24,000 nucleotides of DNA from an uncultured Gammaproteobacteria bacterium (GCA_963807505.1 CAWECC010000003.1:88029-112028); one strand, 5' to 3'. Shown: positions 1 through 8,978, counted from the stretch's first letter. Notes: generated from the letters alone by a model not told the origin. Numbers and translations are program-made.

Positions 1-864
1 TTTCCCTTGTCGATGCGTTGGCCGCTGACGTTTTGGCGGTGGTTCTTCGCACCCAAGCCCAAGCCCTTCGTGCCATCACCCGGAATGGACTCCGAGATGT
101 TGCAAGGAGCCTATTTTGTCGAGGGACTGGGGCACTGCGGCGAATGTCACACTCCGCGTGCGGTCACTATGCAGGTGAAAGCGACGACGGCCGCCGATGG
201 AGCCGCCTATCTCTCGGGAGCCGTCATCGAGAATTACTTCGCGCCGAGCCTGCGCAATGGCGGCCCCGGAACTCTCGGCGCTTGGAGTGTGGAAGAGCTG
301 GCGCAGTTTCTGGAGACAGGTGCGAACGCTCAAGGCATCGCCTTCGGCTCGATGAGCGACGTCATCATCCACAGCACGCAGTACATGACGCCTGCCGACG
401 CGCTCGCGACCGCAAAGTACCTCAAATCTCTGAGAAGCCCAGGCGAGGAACCCGCGGCACGCTTCGCCTATGACCCACTCGAGCACCTCGCTCTCAAGAA
501 TGGCGATGCCAGCAAGCCGGGAGCGAGGATATACCTGGACAATTGTGCAGCGTGCCACCGTCCTGACGGTGTGGGATACGAACGGGTATTCCCGCGCCTC
601 GCCGGCAACCCCGTCGTACAGGCAGAAAATCCGCAGTCGCTCATCTCCATCGTGTTGGAAGGGTCGCGAACCCCGCGCACGCCCCGCACACCGGCGCAGT
701 TCACCATGCCCAGCTTTGCGTGGCGACTCTCCGACAAGGACGTGGCGGATGTCGTGAATTTTATTCGCACAAGTTGGGGCAATAGTGCATCGCCTGCTTC
801 GTCCGCTGATGTGGCCAAGATCCGCGGGCCGCTGCAGCTCCGAGAGGCCTCGACCAGGAATTGA
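1..864 (+). CDS. Cytochrome c subunit (C-terminal two haem domains) of a membrane-bound quinone-reducing dehydrogenase (alcohol/aldehyde/gluconate dehydrogenase type); 5' end lies outside the window
   Basis: The frame of ORF 7..864 is open from nt 1. It has two CxxCH haem motifs (GLGHCGECHTPR and LDNCAACHRPDG) and an FTMPSF-type Met-ligand region. The layout matches domains 2-3 of tri-haem cytochrome c subunits. Stop TGA at 862-864. Confidence 0.85.
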   Translation, partial: FPLSMRWPLTFWRWFFAPKPKPFVPSPGMDSEMLQGAYFVEGLGHCGECHTPRAVTMQVKATTAADGAAYLSGAVIENYFAPSLRNGGPGTLGAWSVEELAQFLETGANAQGIAFGSMSDVIIHSTQYMTPADALATAKYLKSLRSPGEEPAARFAYDPLEHLALKNGDASKPGARIYLDNCAACHRPDGVGYERVFPRLAGNPVVQAENPQSLISIVLEGSRTPRTPRTPAQFTMPSFAWRLSDKDVADVVNFIRTSWGNSASPASSADVAKIRGPLQLREASTRN

Positions 865-987
865 TCGCCCGCTATCTGGAGAACGGCCGATCGATCCGTG
901 AGTCAGCGGTGAGTGCCGCCCAGTTAAAGTTTGCCCCTGATAGCGGCCGGCTGTTTGCTCGGCAATAACCTAAGGAGTTCAAAACAT

Positions 988-1107
988 ATGCGTCAGATAT
1001 TTCTGAGCCTCGTTGCCACTGCCCTGGTGTTGACCGTTGCGGTGGACGGCGGCTGTGGACTCGAGGATCTCGTGGCTGCTGCCGCCGGCCTGATTGTACG
1101 AGCATAG
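988..1107 (+). CDS. Candidate 39-codon small hydrophobic protein (MRQIFLSLVATALVLTVAVDGGCGLEDLVAAAAGLIVRA)
   Basis: ATG at 988 is preceded by AAGGAG (972-977). The product has a signal-peptide-like hydrophobic core and a Cys. It is below the ORF-track size cut-off, and it lies antisense to the atypical C-terminal tail of the AraC ORF, so only one of the two readings is likely real. Confidence 0.25.
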   Translation: MRQIFLSLVATALVLTVAVDGGCGLEDLVAAAAGLIVRA

Positions 1108-1811
1108 GCCAGTTCGGTGACTCGTTCCTCAATGGCCCCAAGTCGTGTCTGTCTCCAGGAAGAGGGCGTCTGGCCGACGATGCGCCGGAACGAGCGGGTG
1201 AAATGCGATTGATCGCTCATGCCGCAGCTCAAGGCAATCTCACTTAGTGAGGCGTCCGTCGCGAGCATGAGACCTTGAGCGAGCTCGATGCGCCGTTGCC
1301 TGATCCAGATGCGAGCAGGCATACCGAAGGTGCGCTTGAATGCCCGGCAGAAGTGACCTACTGTGATGTCGAGTGACGCTGCAAGGTCTTTTATGAGGAT
1401 CTTGCCAGCGAGATTGGCATCGACATGCGCCGCGAGCCGTCGCGACTGCCACGCCGCGAAACTGCCGCGCGGGATCTGTCTTGATCCTCGGTCGCTGGTT
1501 TGCCTTGTAATCCCTGTTCCCGGATGTCCGTCCAATAGTGCTACCGCACGGGCAATATAGGCTCTGGTGCCGTCGCTGTCACCGTCCCTTGCGTGACACG
1601 CGGCCTCGATGAGTTGAGCGGTCACCATCAATAGATCGCGCGAACTCTGCTCCGACATCGATGCGTGGGACGTAGTCACGCGTGCAGTGTGGGCGATTGC
1701 GTCTGTGAGGTAAGCCCCCCATTGGGGGGATTGGGAAGGGCGTGACATTTCCAGAGAATTTCCCGTCATGTCTAACTGCGTCAGTGGATACCGATGGAGC
1801 CCGTGATGCAC
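993..1811 (-). CDS. AraC/XylS-family transcriptional regulator, divergent from cyoA
   Basis: C-terminal double helix-turn-helix (LIKDLAASLDITVGHFCRAFKRTFGMPARIWIRQRRIELAQGLMLATDASLSEIALSCGMSDQSHFTRSFRRIVGQTPSSWRQ). The start is uncertain, with Met codons at 1811, 1769, 1748 and 1658. The Ala/Pro/Ser/Thr-rich tail after the HTH (about 993-1130) is atypical. Confidence 0.8.
   Translation of the reverse strand: MHHGLHRYPLTQLDMTGNSLEMSRPSQSPQWGAYLTDAIAHTARVTTSHASMSEQSSRDLLMVTAQLIEAACHARDGDSDGTRAYIARAVALLDGHPGTGITRQTSDRGSRQIPRGSFAAWQSRRLAAHVDANLAGKILIKDLAASLDITVGHFCRAFKRTFGMPARIWIRQRRIELAQGLMLATDASLSEIALSCGMSDQSHFTRSFRRIVGQTPSSWRQTRLGAIEERVTELAYARTIRPAAAATRSSSPQPPSTATVNTRAVATRLRNI
1715..1729. repeat. 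C6-ATT-G6 hairpin (copy 1 of an intergenic C-run/G-run hairpin family)
   Basis: Sequence CCCCCCATTGGGGGG is read directly, followed by ATTGGGAAGGG. It sits in the araC/cyoA divergent region if araC starts at 1658. Confidence 0.6.
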
Positions 1812-1868
1812 GCCGCCAGCCCTGATCGGAGGTCCCCGAATATCACGAGAACGCCAAGCGCGTTCGCG

Positions 1869-2718
1869 ATGTGGCTGCGGTCAATTTCGATGACAAGTGC
1901 CGCCATGTTGGTGGCGTCATGTCAGCGAGGGCGTGCTCGACCCGCAGGGTCCCGTGGGCAAGGCAGAGCGAGTCATTCTCTACGATTCGACCGCGATCAT
2001 GCTTGCCGTCATCATTCCGGTGATCGTACTCACGCTGGTATTCGCATGGTGGTTTCGCGCCAAAAACAGCCAGGCGCGTTACCGGCCAGACTGGGAATAT
2101 TCCGGTCGGATCGAGATGATTATCTGGTCCATTCCAGCCCTCGTCATCCTCTTTCTCGGCGGCATAGCGTGGACGGGGTCACATGACCTCGATCCCCCGG
2201 CGCCCCTGGCAGAATCGACGGCACCGCTCGATATCGAAGTCATCTCCCTCGACTGGCGCTGGCTTTTTATCTATCCGAAGGAGGGGATCGCGAGCTTGAA
2301 TCGTTTGGTTGTCCCAGCGGGTGTGCCGCTTCGATTTCGCCTGACCTCGACGACGGTCATGAACAGCTTTTTCGTGCCTCAGTTGGGCAGTCAGATCTAT
2401 GCGATGCCGAACATGGTCACGCGGCTCAATTTGCAGGCCGACCAACCCGGTACTTTCGAGGGTCTTTCGGCGCAGTTCAGTGGCGATGGCTTCTCCGACA
2501 TGCGCTTTGATCTTGTGTCGACCGAGCCGGAGGCCTTCAAGGACTGGGTCAACGCTACCAAGACGCAGGGTGGTGTCCTTGATGCGAAGACATTCGAGGA
2601 ACTGGACAGGCCCGCCAAGGCCGACGGCGTGCAGACCTACGCGCAGGTGAGCGAGGGTCTGTTCGATAGGATTTCATCGGGTCATATGGCGGCCGTCTCG
2701 CCGCAACGAGGGCAGTAA
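1869..2718 (+). pseudogene. cyoA: Cytochrome bo3 ubiquinol oxidase subunit II (CyoA), frameshifted as read (1 break)
   Basis: CyoA-like mature region in ORF 1897..2718 (EGVLDPQGPVGKAE..., RYRPDWEYSGRIEMIIWSIPALVILFLGG, VMNSFFVPQLGSQIYAMPNMVTRLNL). The lipoprotein signal peptide and lipobox (MWLRSISMTSAAMLVASC) are in the frame of ATG 1869. The join at ~1923-1927 is a +1 shift. Confidence 0.85.
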
Positions 2719-2723
2719 TATGC

Positions 2724-4706
2724 ATGGGCAGGCTCACCTGGGCGGCAATTCCCTTCGACCAGCCGGTCGTCATGATCGCGTCCGGCACCGTTGGTTTCGT
2801 CATCTTTTGCGTGTTGGCGCTGGTGACGGTCAAAGGCTGGTGGCCCTACTTGTGGCGCGAATGGATCACCAGCGTCGATCACAAGCGCATCGGCGTGATG
2901 TACATAGTCCTGGCGCTCCTGATGCTGGTGCGCGGTTTCTCGGACGCCATGTTGATGCGCAGCCAACTGGCCCTCGCCGCCGGCCACGCACAGGGGTATC
3001 TGCCGCCCGAACATTACGATCAGATCTTCTCGGCGCACGGCACCATCATGATCTTCTTCGTGGCCATGCCGTTCGTCGATCGGGCTCATGAACTTCGTCC
3101 TGCCGCTACAGCTTGGCGTGCGCGATGTCGCCTTTCCAGTGCTCAATTCCGTCGGCTTCTGGCTGATCCGCGGCGGGTGTGCTCTTGGTCAACGTGTCGC
3201 TCGTGGTCGGCGAGTTTGCCCGCACCGGCTGGCTTGCCTATCCGCCGTTGAGTGAAGTCGCGTACTCCCCGGGGGTCGGCGTCGACTATTACCTGTGGTC
3301 CTTGCAGATTTCGGGTTTGGGAACGTTGTTATCGGGCATCAATCTCACGACCACCATCTTGAAGTTGCGGGCGCCAGGTATGGGTTATCGCCAAATGCCG
3401 ATCTTTTGTTGGACCGCGCTCGCCTCGAATCTCCTGATCGTCGCGTCTTTTCCGATCCTGACGGCGACGTTTGCCATGCTGCTGCTCGATCGCTATTGCG
3501 GGTTTCATTTCTTTACCAACGATCTCGGCGGCAATCCGATGATGTACATCAATCTCATCTGGAGCTGGGGCCACCCGGAGGTTTACATCTTGATACTGCC
3601 CGCGTTCGGGGTGTTTTCGGAGGTGGTCGCAACTTTTTCGGGAAAGCCGTTGTTCGGCCGCCGCTCGATGGTGATGGCAACGATGGTGATCTGCGTGCTG
3701 TCCTTCCTGGTATGGCTGCATCATTTCTTTACCATGGGTGCCGGCGCAGATGTAAACGCATTTTTCGGCGTCATGACGATGATCATCGCAGTGCCGACGG
3801 GCGTGAAGATATTCAATTGGCTGTTCACTCTCTACGGGGGCCGCATCCGCTTCACGGTGCCCATTTATTGGGCGACTCGGATTCATGGTGACCTTCGTCA
3901 TCGGGGGGATGACGGGTGTACTCATGGCGATTCCGCCGGCCGACTTCGTTCTACACAACAGTCTGTTTTTGATCGCGCACTTTCACAATGTGGTGATTGG
4001 TGGCGTTGTCTTCGGTGTCATGGCGGGCATCACTTATTGGTTTCCCAAGGCCTTTGGCTTCACGCTGAATGAGCGGCTGGGTAAGGCGGTGTTCTGGTGC
4101 TGGTTCTTCGGCTTCTACCTCGCCTTCATGCCGCTCTACGTGCTGGGCCTCATGGGTGCGACCCGGCGCATGCAGCATTATTCGAACATGCATTGGCAGC
4201 CGCTCATGCTCGTCGCCCTCGCGGGCGCGATACTGATTCTCTTGGGGATAGCGCTGACGGGCGTGCAGCTCGCGGTGAGCATTCGCCAGCGCGAACGTAA
4301 TCGCGATGTCACGGGAGATCCATGGAACGGTCGTACGCTCGAGTGGTCGACTCCGTCTCCGCCGCCGGCGTGGAACTTCTCGCATCTGCCGCAAGTGGAG
4401 CGGGCGGACGCGTTCTGGGCCATGAAGCAACAGCGCGGGACCGCGCAGGATCGCGACGTCAAGCAGACCTATGAAAGGATTCACATCCCTCGGAATAATC
4501 CGACAGGCTTCTTTCTTGCGTTCTTTGCGGTATTACTGGGATTCTCCCTCATCTGGCGCATCTGGTGGGGCGCCGGACTGGGGCTTCTGGGGGCGATCGT
4601 GGTTGGTCTCGTGCAGGCGTGGCGCACCGATGGCGAGATCGAGGTGCCCGCGGAGAAGGTCGCCGCGTTTGAGCGGCTCCATGGGCCCAAGGAGAGCGTG
4701 GTATGA
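2724..4706 (+). pseudogene. cyoB: Cytochrome bo3 ubiquinol oxidase subunit I (CyoB), frameshifted as read (3 breaks)
   Basis: Near-colinear with E. coli CyoB as I recall it, but spread over frames 0>1>2>0. The joins are AMPFV|[20 protein letters not shown] (~3078), GFWL|[12 protein letters not shown] (~3166) and IYWA(T)|[14 protein letters not shown] (~3875-3878). Residues are contiguous across each join, so each break is one extra base. Total length is 661 codons. Confidence 0.95.
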
Positions 4707-5326
4707 GCGCCGCAGAGCAAGCGCTCGCGGGCGGCGATGCGGTGCCGCTCTCGCTTCGGGGTCCTGCGCCAACGCGGGTGGTCGCGGGTTACGGATTTTG
4801 GTTGTTCTTGCTGTCCGACATCGTGATATTCGCCGCGCTTTTTGCTGCGTATGCGGTGCTTTCAGGCGAAGCCGCCGGCGGTCCAACGGCGGCCACCCTG
4901 TTCGACAAGAAGCACGTGCTGATCGAGACGGCCTGCCTGCTGGCCTCGAGCGTCACCTGCGGGTTTGGCTCGCTCGCGGTGCAGAGCGGAGACAGAAGGT
5001 CGACTTATTTGTGGATGATGATTACCTTTATTTTGGGCATCACGTTTCTGAGCCTCGAAGTGAGCGAGTTCAGTCACATGCTTAGCATAGGCGCGGGGCC
5101 GTCCCGCAGTGCCTTTCTCTCGGCCTTCTTTACTTTGGTGGGTACCCATGGGCTGCATGTGACCATCGGTCTGTGCTGGCTGATCGTCATGCTATTGCAG
5201 GTGGCAACGCTCGGATTCCAGCCGATGGTCAGCCGCCGCTTCTTCTGCTTTGGCCTGTTCTGGCACGCGCTCGACATCGTTTGGATCGGCGTATTTACCA
5301 TCGTGTACTTGGGAGCTCATGTATGA
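4703..5326 (+). CDS. cyoC: Cytochrome bo3 ubiquinol oxidase subunit III (CyoC)
   Basis: Intact 207-aa ORF with polytopic haem-copper oxidase subunit III motifs (FFTLVGTHGLHVTIG, WHALDIVWIGVFTIVY). The ATG overlaps the cyoB stop (ATGA at 4703-4706). Confidence 0.9.
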   Translation: MSAAEQALAGGDAVPLSLRGPAPTRVVAGYGFWLFLLSDIVIFAALFAAYAVLSGEAAGGPTAATLFDKKHVLIETACLLASSVTCGFGSLAVQSGDRRSTYLWMMITFILGITFLSLEVSEFSHMLSIGAGPSRSAFLSAFFTLVGTHGLHVTIGLCWLIVMLLQVATLGFQPMVSRRFFCFGLFWHALDIVWIGVFTIVYLGAHV

Positions 5327-5697
5327 GTACCGAAATCGAAGCTCAAGGCGTGTCTCCGGGAGTCAATGTGCACACGCACGGCACGCGCCGAAGTTACCTG
5401 ATCGGGTTGGGGTATGCGGTCGTTTTGACACTGGTCGCCTTTTGGGCTTCGTCGACCGATGTGATCTATCCGCCTGGTGTCCCCATTCTGTTGGGGGTAC
5501 TCGCGATTGCTCAGATGGGGGTTCACTTGGTGTTCTTCCTGCATATCTCGAGCGCGCCGGACCAGACCAACAATATTCTCGCGCTCGCCTTCGGCATTTT
5601 CGTCGTGGGTCTCCTGGTATTCGGGTCGATGATCATCATGGCTCATCTGAACCACAACATGATGCCCATGGATCGACTGATGCAGATGCAACGGTAG
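5323..5697 (+). CDS. cyoD: Cytochrome bo3 ubiquinol oxidase subunit IV (CyoD)
   Basis: ATG at 5323 overlaps the cyoC stop (ATGA). The product is a 124-aa three-TM protein (YLIGLGYAVVLTLVAFW..., MGVHLVFFLH) in the conserved operon position. Confidence 0.85.
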   Translation: MSTEIEAQGVSPGVNVHTHGTRRSYLIGLGYAVVLTLVAFWASSTDVIYPPGVPILLGVLAIAQMGVHLVFFLHISSAPDQTNNILALAFGIFVVGLLVFGSMIIMAHLNHNMMPMDRLMQMQR

Positions 5698-5728
5698 CGT
5701 TGCAGCCGAAACCAATCATCCACTGCGC

Positions 5729-6640
5729 ATGGCGATCGCCCCCCATGATTCGCTGATAACCGCACTGTCCCAGCCAGGCTGGCGCGATTTTCTAGAGCTC
5801 ACGAAACCCAAAGTGAGCTCGTTGATCGTGTTCACGGCGATCGTCGGGATGGTTCTGGCCTCACCCGGGATGGTGCCGCTGCGGGCGTTGGTGTTCGGCA
5901 CGCTAGGCATCGCCATGGCATCTGGCTCCGCGGCGACACTCAATCACATCCTTGACCGGCGGATCGATAAACAAATGGCGCGCACCCGCCGGAGACCTCT
6001 GGCGACGGGGAGTCTGCGGACGAGTCAGGCCCTGGTGTTTGCGGGAGTGCTGTGTGTGGGCTCGATGATGGTGTTGTGGCAGTCGGTCGGAAGTCTTTGC
6101 GCGCTATTGACATTCGGTTCAGTCATCGGCTACGCGGTCATCTATACCGGCTGGCTCAAGCACGCGACGCCGCAAAACATCGTGATCGGCGGTGCCGCCG
6201 GTGCAGCTCCCCCGGTACTGGGATGGGTGGCCGTGACTCACTCCATCGATGCGCAGGCGTTGGTGTTGTTCTTGATCATCTTTACGTGGACACCGCCGCA
6301 TTTCTGGTCGCTCGCGATTTCGCGGCGCGAAGAGTACGCGAAGGCGGGTGTCCCCATGCTGCCGGTGACCCACGGCATTCCGTATACGCGCCGACAGATT
6401 CTGCTCTACACGGTCTTGCTCGTTCTATGCACGCTGATTCCGGTAGTCATTGGCATGAGTGGATTGATCTATCTGGCGGCCGCGCTCGTGCTCGATGCGC
6501 GCTTTCTTTACCTGGCATTGGCTCTTCACCGAGGCGTTCGGCCCGACCTTCCCATTCGAACTTTTCGTTTCTCCATTACTTACCTGATGGCCCTGTTCGG
6601 TGCCTTGATTGCCGATCATTATTGCAGGTTGCTCGTATAA
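5729..6640 (+). CDS. cyoE: Protohaem IX farnesyltransferase (haem O synthase)
   Basis: Intact 303-aa UbiA-family ORF (FLELTKPKVSSLIVFTAIVGM, LNHILDRRIDKQMARTRRRPL, TPPHFWSLA). It is the last gene of the cyo operon. Confidence 0.9.
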   Translation: MAIAPHDSLITALSQPGWRDFLELTKPKVSSLIVFTAIVGMVLASPGMVPLRALVFGTLGIAMASGSAATLNHILDRRIDKQMARTRRRPLATGSLRTSQALVFAGVLCVGSMMVLWQSVGSLCALLTFGSVIGYAVIYTGWLKHATPQNIVIGGAAGAAPPVLGWVAVTHSIDAQALVLFLIIFTWTPPHFWSLAISRREEYAKAGVPMLPVTHGIPYTRRQILLYTVLLVLCTLIPVVIGMSGLIYLAAALVLDARFLYLALALHRGVRPDLPIRTFRFSITYLMALFGALIADHYCRLLV

Positions 6641-6653
6641 GAGTGTGCGGATT

Positions 6654-6697
6654 GCCAACGGTGCATTGAAGTAACCTAAACGGGGGTTCCCGTTGGC
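6654..6697 (+). terminator. Nested inverted repeats just downstream of cyoE (possible terminator/attenuator-like structure)
   Basis: GCCAACGG (6654-6661) is the reverse complement of CCGTTGGC (6690-6697). The inner hairpin AACGGG-GGTT-CCCGTT (6679-6694) competes for the same 3' arm. No U-tract follows. Confidence 0.3.
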
Positions 6698-6767
6698 CGC
6701 ATGGATGTCGTTAGGCTCATCTCCATTGGAAGATTGTCTCTCAAATGTCGTTGTACTAGGAGTTCTC

Positions 6768-7151
6768 ATGGTCACACCAAGTTGCCTCCGCCGAATCAGC
6801 TCATGGCAAACTCGCCTTCTTTCAACTGCGATGGTTGGTATCGCGAGCGCCCGATTCTGGCCGCACTATGACCAATATCGTGCCGAGCGGCAGAAAATCG
6901 GGGACCGTAGGGTGCGGTTGATCACTGACTTCTTGGCGCAAAAAAACTCAATGAGTGAGGACGAAGCGAGATCTCTAGCGAAGGAAGATTTTGCTATCGA
7001 AAAGGATACCAGCGAACTGAAGGCCAAATGGTATGAAAAGATGACCAAAGTGCTGTCAGAGCGAACGGTTGCCCGGTTTTTTCATATTGACGGGAAGCTT
7101 GACGCCGCCGCCGACCTCGCGCTTGCGGCCAATATCCCACTTATCCACTGA
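6768..7151 (+). CDS. Hypothetical protein (127 aa), charged/helical, visibly lower GC than its neighbours
   Basis: AGGAG lies 5 nt upstream of ATG 6768 in the same frame as ORF 6693..7151. I recognise no family. The C-terminus is ...VARFFHIDGKLDAAADLALAANIPLIH. Confidence 0.5.
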   Translation: MVTPSCLRRISSWQTRLLSTAMVGIASARFWPHYDQYRAERQKIGDRRVRLITDFLAQKNSMSEDEARSLAKEDFAIEKDTSELKAKWYEKMTKVLSERTVARFFHIDGKLDAAADLALAANIPLIH

Positions 7152-7202
7152 CCCCCACGTCGGATCTGTCTTTCACCCATTGGGGGGATGGGACTGCCCC
7201 AT
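7152..7202. repeat. C-run/G-run hairpin element, copy 2 (CCC-ATT-GGGGGG flanked by C-runs)
   Basis: C5 at 7152-7156, CCCATTGGGGGG at 7176-7187, and ATGGG-ACTGC-CCCAT at 7188-7202. It shares CCCATTGGGGGGAT(T)GGGA with copy 1. Confidence 0.5.
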
Positions 7203-7227
7203 ACCGTGCGTCAATCTCAGCGTCTCG

Positions 7228-7243
7228 GGCCCACCGGTGGGCC
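7228..7243. promoter_or_regulatory. Perfect 16-nt palindrome GGCCCACCGGTGGGCC, 25 nt upstream of the poxB-like start (candidate operator or 5'-UTR hairpin)
   Basis: The palindrome is read directly from the sequence. It lies between the upstream gene stop (7151) and ATG 7268. Confidence 0.3.
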
Positions 7244-7267
7244 GCCCTCAACGTAGCGGAGATCCCA

Positions 7268-8978
7268 ATGAGTAAGAAAGTAGCGCAAGTCATCGTCGAG
7301 ACCTTGCAATCAGCCGGGGTCAGGAATTGCTACGGTATCGTGGGGGACACGCTGAACACGTTTGCCACCAGCCTGAGTCGCAGTGACATTGAGTTCGTGC
7401 ACATGCGTCATGAGGAGGCGGGCGCCTTTGCGGCGCAGGGCGAAGCGCTCTTGATGGACCGCCTGACCGCCATGGCCGGCAGCTGTGGGCCGGGCAGCTT
7501 GCATTTCATCAACGGGTTGTATGAGGCGAACCGCAATCGCGCGCCAGTCATCCTGATCGCGAGCCAAGTGGTGCGGAGCGAGCTTGGATTCAATTTCATT
7601 CAAGAAGTGGATTTCCAGGACGTCTATCGGGGCTGCAGCGTATTTTGCGAAATGATCTTGACGCCGGAGCAAGCGCTGCGAAAGACAGTCATGGCGTGCC
7701 AGGCGGCGATCTCCAAGCGGGGGGTGGCAGTTCTCATTGTCCCCGTCGACATCGCGGATTCGGATGCGGTCGAGCGAGCCCCCGTTTCGAGTCCATGTCA
7801 ACAAGCCCGTCATACGGCCGAGCGACGAGGATTTGGATCGGATCGCCGACATGCTGGCGGAAGGCACGAACATCACGATTTACGCAGGCGCCGGTTGTGT
7901 GAACGCCCACGACGAGGTCGTCGAGCTTGCGCAGCGCCTCAATGCGCCGGTCGCGCATACTTCGCGCGGCAAGGACCAGATCGAATACGACAATCCGAAC
8001 AATGTGGGTATGACGGGTGTGATCGGGACGGAGTCCGGATATCACGCCATTTTGAACTGCGACACCTTGCTGCTTCTCGGTACCGACTTTGCGTGGCGCC
8101 AATTCTACCCGGACCATGCCAAGATCATCCAAGTCGACATCGATTCGACCCACGTCGGCCGTCGCCATCCGGTCGATCTCGGCGTGGTGGGAAATATCAA
8201 GGACACGCTTCAGGCGCTGTTGCCGCGAGTTGCGCAGCGCGAAGATGCCGCATTCCTCAATACGTATGTGGAACGTCATAAGAAGGCGCTTAAAGCGCAG
8301 GCGGACAGAGCCACGCCCGGTCCTCGCGGCAAAATACCTGGTCAATATTTGACGTCGATCATCAATCGGCTCGCCAATCAAGATACTTTGTTCACCGCCG
8401 ATGACGGGACGCCGCTCGTGTGGATGTTGCGAATGGTGGAGGCGAACGGTAAGCGGCGCATGTTCGGCAGCCTCCTGCATGGGACCATGGCGACCTCGAT
8501 CGGGAATGCCATCGGATTGCAGAAGGCTCAGCCGGGTCGCCAAGTCATCGCCTTGGCCGGCGACGGCGGCTTCAGTATGTTGCTCGGCGATGTGCTCACC
8601 ACGGTTCAAGAGAAGCTGCCGATCAAGATAGCGGTTTACGACAACGGTAAATTGGGATTCGTTGAGCTCGAGCAGAAGGGCGAAGGATTGTTACCGGTCT
8701 ATACCGATCTTCTTAATCCAGATTTTGGCAAAGTCGCGGAAGCCATGGGCCTGTGGGGTAAGACCGTCACCAAGGCGGACGAACTCGAAGGCGCGGTGGC
8801 CGAGTGGCTTGGGCAGCCGGGCCCGGCGTTGATCAATGTCAAGGTCGAGCCGATGGAACTGGTGATGCCGCCGCACACGGCACCTGAGAACGTTTATGGG
8901 ATGGCCATGTATTCAATCAAGGCCGTTATGCATGGAAAGGCGGGCGATGTTTTCGAAATGATCAGCGAGAATATTTAA
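7268..8978 (+). pseudogene. Thiamine-diphosphate/FAD enzyme of the pyruvate oxidase (PoxB) family, divergent paralogue, frameshifted as read (1 break)
   Basis: The N-terminal part is in ORF 7268..8281 (GSCGPGSLHFINGLYEANRNRAPVILIASQV) and the rest in ORF 7737..8978 (GDGGFSMLLGDVLT, PIKIAVYDNGKLGFVELEQK, LVMPP... C-terminal tail). The join ...AVERAP|FRVHVNKPVIRP falls at the C5 run 7779-7783 and is a +1 shift. Confidence 0.9.

Noticed and set aside
667-693. Imperfect 9-nt tandem triplet encoding RTP-RTP-RTP in the cytochrome c gene
   Set aside because: The three units differ at synonymous positions (cga acc ccg / cgc acg ccc / cgc aca ccg) and stay in frame inside a loop region. This is most simply an old small duplication or chance, with no evidence of instability or function.
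1724-1740. Possible G-quadruplex (GGGGGG-ATT-GGG-AA-GGG)
   Set aside because: Only three clear G3+ tracts are present. The G6 run is already explained by pairing with the adjacent C6 run. Other copies of the hairpin family lack the extra G-tracts.
3329-3958. Long antisense or overlapping ORFs: 3329..3958(-), 7734..8609(-), 10702..11808(-), 12828..13676(+), 15477..16286(+), 16488..17312(+), 20686..21387(-), 21637..22626(-) and many shorter ones
   Set aside because: All lie opposite or out of frame to genes with clear family signatures. Their translations are Arg/Pro/Gly/His-rich low-complexity sequence with no motifs. These are typical stop-poor shadow frames of GC-rich DNA.
6650-6661. 12-nt exact repeat ATTGCCAACGGT (6650-6661 and 21697-21708), each ~10 nt after a stop codon, extendable to about 19 of 22 matches
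   Set aside because: Exact 12-14-mers are expected to recur by chance several times in 24 kb when both strands are considered. Only two copies are present, and the match decays quickly. This is not enough to call an element.
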